A stretch of 64,000 nt of DNA from Anaeramoeba ignava BMAN. Its lineage: Eukaryota > Protista > Anaeramoebae. The position numbers and the translations under genes are program-made. The DNA lies in the NCBI GenBank assembly GCA_028826165.1, contig JAPDFW010000138.1, forward strand, positions 58,218 through 122,217, written 5' to 3'. The notes under the pieces are model-generated. The model ran no database searches. It saw nothing but the letters and a program-made list of their open reading frames with translations, and had not been told where the DNA came from. Positions 56,995 through 64,000 of the stretch are shown piece after piece; the first letter of the stretch is position 1; each line of letters begins with the position of its first letter.

Positions 56995-58380
56995 ATGGAA
57001 AATTATTTAAATTTAGAAAAACTTTCAAATGATTTAAAAAATTTATTTCAAAATCAAAATCAAAATGAAAATCAAAAAGAAAGCTATTTTGATTTTGAAA
57101 TAATTTGTGAACAAAATAAAACTTCATTTAAAACTCATAAATCAATTCTTTCTTCAAGAAGTCAATATTTTAAATCTCTTTTCAAATCTAAAATGAAAGA
57201 ATATCAAGAAAATAAATTAATTCTAAAAGATGTTTCAAGTTCAATTCTATTTTCAATTTTGAATTATTTTTATTCAGGAAAAATTGAAATTAATTTAGAA
57301 AATGCAATCGAAATTTTAATTTTTTCATCAAAATATTTAATTGATGAATTAATTGAAATTTCTTCAAATTTTATCAAAAACAATTTCCAATTTGAAACTA
57401 TTGTTGATGTTCTTAAATTATCTGAATCAATGAATTTCAATCAATTATTAGATTCTTGTTATAAATTTATTTCTAAAAATTTTGATAAATTTATCAAAAC
57501 TTCATTTTTTCTTGAACTTGAAGAAAATCATTTAAATTCAATATTAATAAATGATGGAATTGAAATAAATGAATTTGAACTTTTCCAATCAATAATAAAA
57601 TGGGGAAAATACAAATCAAATATTAATCAAATTTCAAATGTTATTGAAAAAATAAGATTTATTGATTTTCCAAATGAAAAACTTGGAGATATTTTGAAAG
57701 AAGATTTAATTCCAAATCAAATTTCACAAAAATTAATCCAATTCCAAAAACTTCAAAATCAAAATGACGGAAATGAACTAGATCAATTTATTAAAAAAGA
57801 AAATCAAAATTCATTAATTTTCAAAACAAGAATTAAATTGTCAGAAATTATTCAAGAAAATAAAGATATTAATAAATTAAAAGAATGGATAAATGATAAT
57901 GAATTCTTTTCCAAAATGAAAAAAGGATTTTCAGCAAAAAGAGATGGATTTGATTCCCAAAAATGGCACAAAAGTTGTGATGATAAAGGAAAAACGTTGG
58001 TTATTATCAAAACAAAAGATAATTTTATTTTTGGAGGATTTACTCAAGTTGGATTTAAACCTTCAAAAAGAGGAATATGGATTCAAGATGAAAATGCATT
58101 TATTTTTTCATTCAGAAATGATAAGAATGATAGAAAACCTGAAAAATTTCCAATCATAGAAGAAAAGAAAGAAGATGCAATTTATTCTCGTGAAAATTTA
58201 GGTCCACTTTTCTCAAATGCAATTTATTTAAATTCAGATTTACAACCTGGCTATTCAAATTTTGGATACACTTATAATCTTCCTGATGGAATTGAATATA
58301 GAACAGATGAAGCCCGAAATTATTTAGCTGGTTCTTATAGTGAATGGGTTGTTGATGAACTTGAGACTTTTTTCATTTAA
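56995..58380 (+). CDS. BTB-BACK-TLDc protein
   Basis: BTB FDFEII..FKTHKSILSSRSQYFKSLF; BACK FLELEENHL..ELFQSIIKW; TLDc AKRDGFDSQKWHKSCDDKGKTLVIIKT..FGGFT..ELETF. Confidence 0.92.
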   Translation: MENYLNLEKLSNDLKNLFQNQNQNENQKESYFDFEIICEQNKTSFKTHKSILSSRSQYFKSLFKSKMKEYQENKLILKDVSSSILFSILNYFYSGKIEINLENAIEILIFSSKYLIDELIEISSNFIKNNFQFETIVDVLKLSESMNFNQLLDSCYKFISKNFDKFIKTSFFLELEENHLNSILINDGIEINEFELFQSIIKWGKYKSNINQISNVIEKIRFIDFPNEKLGDILKEDLIPNQISQKLIQFQKLQNQNDGNELDQFIKKENQNSLIFKTRIKLSEIIQENKDINKLKEWINDNEFFSKMKKGFSAKRDGFDSQKWHKSCDDKGKTLVIIKTKDNFIFGGFTQVGFKPSKRGIWIQDENAFIFSFRNDKNDRKPEKFPIIEEKKEDAIYSRENLGPLFSNAIYLNSDLQPGYSNFGYTYNLPDGIEYRTDEARNYLAGSYSEWVVDELETFFI

Positions 58381-58461
58381 AAATCAAAATCAAAAAAATA
58401 CTTTTTGTTTAAAAAATCTATCTTGTTTTATTGTTTTAAAAAAAAAAAGAATTTATTTGGA

Positions 58462-61400
58462 TTATAAAAAAGATGAAGAAATCATTTCCATCCATTGTCG
58501 AAGAGCATCTGCAAGAATTTCAGGAATAGATTTAATCTCTCTCAAAATAATATAATAAGGAAAGGGAAAATTATCGAGATAAGGAGAACAAGTTAATTTC
58601 CCGTTTGGATAAGAAATAGTTTGCAATTGTAAAATAGAATTAGAATTTTTGGGATGGTCGATAATAAGAAAAACAAATAATTGCTGTTGAGAATAAGCTT
58701 CAATAATAAATTTTCGGATTTCTTCTCTATTACTAAATCTTCCATCTGAAATAACAAAAACAATCTGGAGATTCTCAGAAAAATTGATTGATTGATTTCG
58801 TGAATGCGATAGCATTTGAACAACAAAAGAAACCATTCCTGAAACATCAGTTTGCTTGTCTTTAAATGCTAATTGGGATAAAATTGAGCCTCCAATATTG
58901 TCAGAAAAGGGCTTATCTAAAGGATGAAGCAATTCTGTTTTTTCTCCAAAACTAACAACTGAAATTTCTCCAACTTCAAGAAGTGACAATGCTTTTGTGA
59001 TTAAACATAATGCTTCGCATGCCAATTCGCCTGAATTGTTATCGATCATACTTTCAGAATTATCAATTGCAAAAACAACTTGATATTGTCTTTTACTTGG
59101 TTTTGTTCTTCTCATCCAAATTTTATCCTTTTTGAAATTACTTGCAATGTATGGAATCACTTTTTTCATGTTGATTCGCTTTCCTGTTCTATAATCTCCT
59201 TTAAGACGTGTTTGCCAAACTGGGTTCCAAAATCAATCTTAATTGCTCGCTTAATTCCTGAGAGAATTCATGTGTTTTGGCTTCTAATTTTTGCCATTTT
59301 TGTTCATATTCATTTATCATTGCTTGATTCTCACTTATTTTTCTATAATTCATCTCTTGGTTTTCTCGAATGTTTATTAAATCTTCTTCTGTCATTTCTT
59401 TCTGTTCTTCTTTTTCTTCTTTTATTTGTTGTTCCTCCTTCATTTTATTTCCTGAATTAAACCATTTTCTTTCTGTAACAACTAAGTTTTCTTTTTCTTT
59501 TTCTTTTTCTTCATTATTATCTTTATTATCATCTTCATTGTTTTCTTTTTCTTGATCTTTTTCTTGATCTTTTTGATCTTCTCTATTTCTCTCGTTATTT
59601 TGATCAAATCTAAGTTTTTGTATTTTTTTTTGAAATTCAATTATTTTTTCATCTTCATTATTTAATTCGTTTTCATTTTCGTTTTCATTTTCATTTTGAT
59701 TTTCATTTTCATTTTCATTTTCATTTTCATTTTCATTTTGATTTTGATTTTCATTTTCATTTTCATTTGTAGGTTTTGGAATAGTTTCCATTTGATTTTC
59801 TAATGCATTTCCTAATGTTTGTGCATCTTCATCTTCGTTTTCATCTTGAATATATTGAAATTCTTCTGATTGATTTTTTTGTTCATTTTCATTTTCATTT
59901 TCATTTTCTTGTTCATTTTCATTTTCTTTTTGGAAATCATGAACATTTAATCTTTCATACCAATGTTTAAGTACATCTCCAATATCTCGATAAGGATTTG
60001 GATTTGATTTTTCCCAATCATTTTGATTTTCAAATTCATTTTCTAATTGGTTTTCATTTTCCATTTTCATCATTTGATCTTTTTCATTTATTGATTGTTG
60101 CATTTTTTCATTTTTATCAAATTGATCTTGATTAATTGATTCTTCATTTTGTTTTTGCATTTCTTTCTCTTTTTCTTCATCCTTTTCAATTGATCCATCT
60201 TGGAAATCTCCCTTTCCATCTTTTGTTCCAAATGGTTTTTCTTCTTTATTTTCTTTTGTTCCTTCATTTTCCTCTCTTGCTTTATAATTTTCATCTAAAT
60301 CAGCAACAAGTGGATCTTCTTGTTGTTTTCTTTCATCTTCATCTTCATTTTCATCCTCTTTTTCATCATTTTCCAAATCGGATATTTTTTCGATTTTTTC
60401 ATCATTTTCATCAAAAGATTCAGGATAATCATCACTTAATGATTCATCTGATTGATGTTGATCAAGTGGATCATCTTCTAATTTGTTTTCTTCTTCTATT
60501 GAATTTTCATCTTCTGCATTTTGACCTTTTTCGTCTTTGTCAAGTTCCATATCTTCAGGAAGTTCGATATCTGAAATTTCTGGTTCTGCTTCAATTCCAT
60601 AATTTGGATCGTATTGTTCTCTATTAATATTTTCTTCATTTTCCATTTCATTTTCATTTTCATCTTCATTTTCATTTGCATTTTCATTTTCATCTTCTTT
60701 TTCATTTGCATTTTCATTTTCATTTTCATTTTCATTGTTTTTGTTTTTGTTTTTATCTTTTGGTTCTTGTTCTTCTTCTTTTTTTGCTGCAATTTCAATA
60801 TCTTCATTTGGAGGATTTTGAATTCCTGAATTATCTTCAATATTTTCTTGTTTTTCTTCATCTTCTTTTTCTTTTTCATCATCAGAATCCCAATATTTTT
60901 CATCAATAACATCATCAGGATTTGTTTCTCCCATTTGTTCATCCATTTCTTTTTCATTGTCTTCATCTTCATCTTCATCATCTTCATCATTTTCATTTTC
61001 ATTTTTCTTTTGATCATCTTTAAGATCATCAATTTCTCCTTGGAAATCATTTTCCATTTCATAAGGTTTTGCTTGATCATCTTCTTGATTTTCTTCTTCT
61101 TTGGTTTTTTCTTCTTGTTTTTGTTCTTCTTGATATTTTTCAAGTTGATCATCATTCTCAATTTTTTCTGATCCATCATGAACACCTTGACCATCACTCA
61201 TTCCAAATCCATTATTATTATCAAACGTAGTTTCTTCGGATTCGTTTCCAATTCCATCTCCTGCTTCTTTGCTTTTTTCTTCACAAAATCCTCTTTCGTA
61301 TAAAGAGTTGAAAAGATTTGATAATATATTTTCAAGTTTGGATACTTTATGATGAAATGAAATGTACTGTTCCAAAATTTGTTTGTATGTTTGCTTGAAT

Positions 61401-64000
61401 ATTCTTAAAATGGATTCAAATTCTGTTATTAAATAAAATATAATTTTTTCCATTTGTTGTTTCAAGTTGTTTTCTTGTGATTCAATATATGAAATTTCTG
61501 CAAATTCTTGAATAAATTGGAAGAATTTTTTAGTTGAGTAAATGACTTGATCAACAAGAAAGCTTTTGATTAATTTGGAAAATAAATTTTGAGATTTTGT
61601 AATTTTAAAGTTTGGGTTCAAATATTCTTCAATTTCAATTTCACTTTCATTCAAATTTTCATTCTCTTCTTTTTTAAATTCGTCTATTAAACCAAAAACA
61701 TTTTGAATTGAAACCATCATTTTTAACTACTGAAATTTCATAAAATTGAACTAATTTATTTCCAATTTCAAATAAATCTTCTGTTGATTTCTTTGGTTCA
61801 TTTTCATTTTCAATTGTTTCAATAACAGCCTTATTTTCTGTGTATTTATCTATAAAAGAGAGAAGAGGAATCTTAAATAGAAACCAAGTTGTTTCTTTTT
61901 GAGAAAGAATATCAACAATTTTCTTTTGAATTTCATCTAAAATAGCCCAATTTTGTTTTGCAAATTCAAAATGCTCATTGAGAAATAAACCATCAATATT
62001 AATTTCCTTTTCTTTTCAGTTGATTTTCATTTTGTTCTAAAAGTAAATCAACAAATTCAGTTGTTTTATCAAGCGAATTTCCTCTTTCAATCTGTTTGAC
62101 TTTTGATGAGAATATTTTCATTTCAAAAAGTATTCGATGCAATTCATTAAACAATTTGTTTTGGGTTAAAAGTGATTCTTTTGTAATTTTCTGGGATGGG
62201 AATAAATGAATATGGGAATTGATCTTTTGAATTTTGAGAAGAAATAATTGACGAAGAAAATTGCAATAAATCATTCATTTCAGATTGTTTGTCTAATGCC
62301 TTCCCAATCTCTTTTCTTTGTGAAGTCATTATATGGAGTAAATGCTCAATGAATCCTCGAGATTTGATAATTTCTGCATTGCTTAAATCTCTACTTTTTC
62401 TTGATTCTGATTTAACCCTTGATATTATAACTTTCAAAACACACTTGAAAAATATTGATTTAATTTTTCTGGGAATATTTCTCCTGAAGAAACAGGTTTT
62501 TCAATGAAAAAATAATTGGATGATTCTTGAAATGCAAAAATTTTGGGGTTTGTTTTCAAATCAATTTGTTGGAGATATTTCATCAAATCAGAAAATGCTC
62601 TTCTTTTGACTTGTTTGATCTCGCTTCTATTTCTTAATTCTGTTGTTGTATCAATAATTGTTGTTGAAAGTGTATCCAATGTTGTAATTGCAATTTCAAT
62701 CATTTTATGTACATCTTTGAGGATTTCTTTGCAATGAGATTTCATTTTTTGATCAATTTTAGAAAGACGTGAGTTTATTGAACGTGGTTCTGAAAGTTTA
62801 AATATATCCATAATTTTTTGTTCAATTCCTTCTTTTTTAGCAATATCTTCTCGAAGAATAACTACAATTGGTTTAATTTCTTTTTCAATTTCAATTTCTT
62901 TTTCTTTTTCTTTTTCTTTTTCTTTTGGTTTTTCTTCACTTTCAGGATAAACAATTTTAGCTTCAATTTGTTTCAAAATATTAAGAACAGGCGATTTCAA
63001 AATATTTTCAAATTGAATTGACAAAACGATTCAATTTTTATGTATTTGAAGTACTTTATGATGTAATTGAATATATCTTGTTTCTTCCATTTTAACTTGT
63101 ACCTAAATCGTTAAGTTGCTTTTGTATGGGTTGTTTGATTTTTCTATATATTCTTCAACGTCTGGTAAGAATTGTAAATAATACCAATATAAATTGAGAA
63201 GTAAATTTGCTGTTTTCTGTCTTGTTTTTTGGATATAATTTGTTGGATTGTAATCCAATTTGCATTCTGTTTGTATTTGGTTATGTATTGATAAGATGAT
63301 TTCCAATCTTGTTTTGAATTCACCAACATTTGAAGTTTGGATGAATTTTTCTAATTCAAGGAAAACATTTTGTAAAAATTGTTCATCATCTTGAAATTCA
63401 TCATTTTCATCATTTTCATCATTTTTATCATTTTCATCATTTTTATCATTTTTATCATTTTCATCATTTTTATCATTTTCATCATTTTTATCATTTTTAT
63501 CATTTTTATCATTTTTATCATTTTTATCATTTTTATCATTTTTATCATTTTTATCATTTTTATCATTTTTATCATTTTTATTTTCATTTTCAATCCGTTT
63601 TGGATTCATTAACCTGAAAAGTGTCAAAAACCATTTCTGTGCTGAAAACTCAAATTCTTTCCTTTTCTTCCAAAAAACAGATGACCATGTTTCTAACTCT
63701 AATTTTCTCCATCTTGAAATTAATCTGATAATATCAGAAATATGTTCTGAAAGAGAAACATCATTTGATGAATATAATTCCCATTCTTCAACAGATTTCA
63801 TTAATACCTCAAGACCTGTCAAAAATCTCATTAAAGGACTTGAAATGGGAAAATCCAAAATCTTTTCACAAATTTCTTTCATACGAAGTAAAGTTGAATG
63901 ACCTGACCATTTCTCTAATAATTCTTGGATTTTACTCTTGAATTTCTCAAGTGGTTCTTGTATTAAAGTGTTTCTAATATCTTGGCTCTGTGTAAATATC
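58462..64000 (-). CDS. MDN1: Midasin (MDN1/Rea1) C-terminal part: linker, D/E-rich region and MIDAS domain; at least 6 apparent frameshifts
   Basis: SSPLMRFLTGLE..WRKLELETW; GFC..GMSDGQG; ELSEQLRLILEP..(LKGDYRTGKRIN)MKKVIPYIAS..DKIWMRRTKPSKRQYQV..DNSESM..YLDNFPFPYY..LADALRQW. Confidence 0.95.

Noticed and set aside
51370-63130. Euplotes-style programmed frameshifting at stop codons (TTT TGA at 51374, 55191, 62434)
   Set aside because: In midasin the conserved sequence requires shifts upstream of the stop (GCA A ACA CGT CTT AAA for ATRLKGDY), shifts go in both directions, and several indels crowd near 63030-63130. This fits sequencing error better.

Overview
Extremely AT-rich, gene-dense eukaryotic DNA using the standard genetic code and GT-AG spliceosomal introns. 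The (NE)n/(NQ)n low-complexity proteins, RCC1-BTB and BTB-TLDc families and bacterial-type Fe-ADH suggest an anaerobic protist such as Anaeramoeba (inference only). Left to right: TFIIIC subunits GTF3C3 and GTF3C1 tail-to-tail, LisH-RasGEF, three 11-exon YqhD-like Fe-ADH paralogs around NAF1, a bZIP factor, a Rab5/22-like GTPase, ethanolamine kinase, a short UPF3, five tandem intronless RCC1-BTB genes, a LIM/coiled-coil/RS protein, a broken Kelch(-BTB) gene, CNOT10, a spliced RCC1-F-box-Arf fusion, BTB-BACK-TLDc, and the 3' part of midasin. Best leads: (1) the RCC1-BTB array, whose variation sits in predicted surface loops of the propeller while the BTB part is nearly constant, like a receptor repertoire for a cullin ligase; (2) a single gene, split across five ORFs of the track, joining RCC1 repeats, an F-box and an Arf GTPase lacking the catalytic Gln; (3) adjacent TFIIIC subunit genes; (4) introns inflated by mostly gene-specific AT satellites; (5) Trichomonas-like Inr/CCTTT core promoter motifs. 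Several 1-nt frameshifts are probably sequencing errors. All gene models were spliced by eye and no database searches were run.
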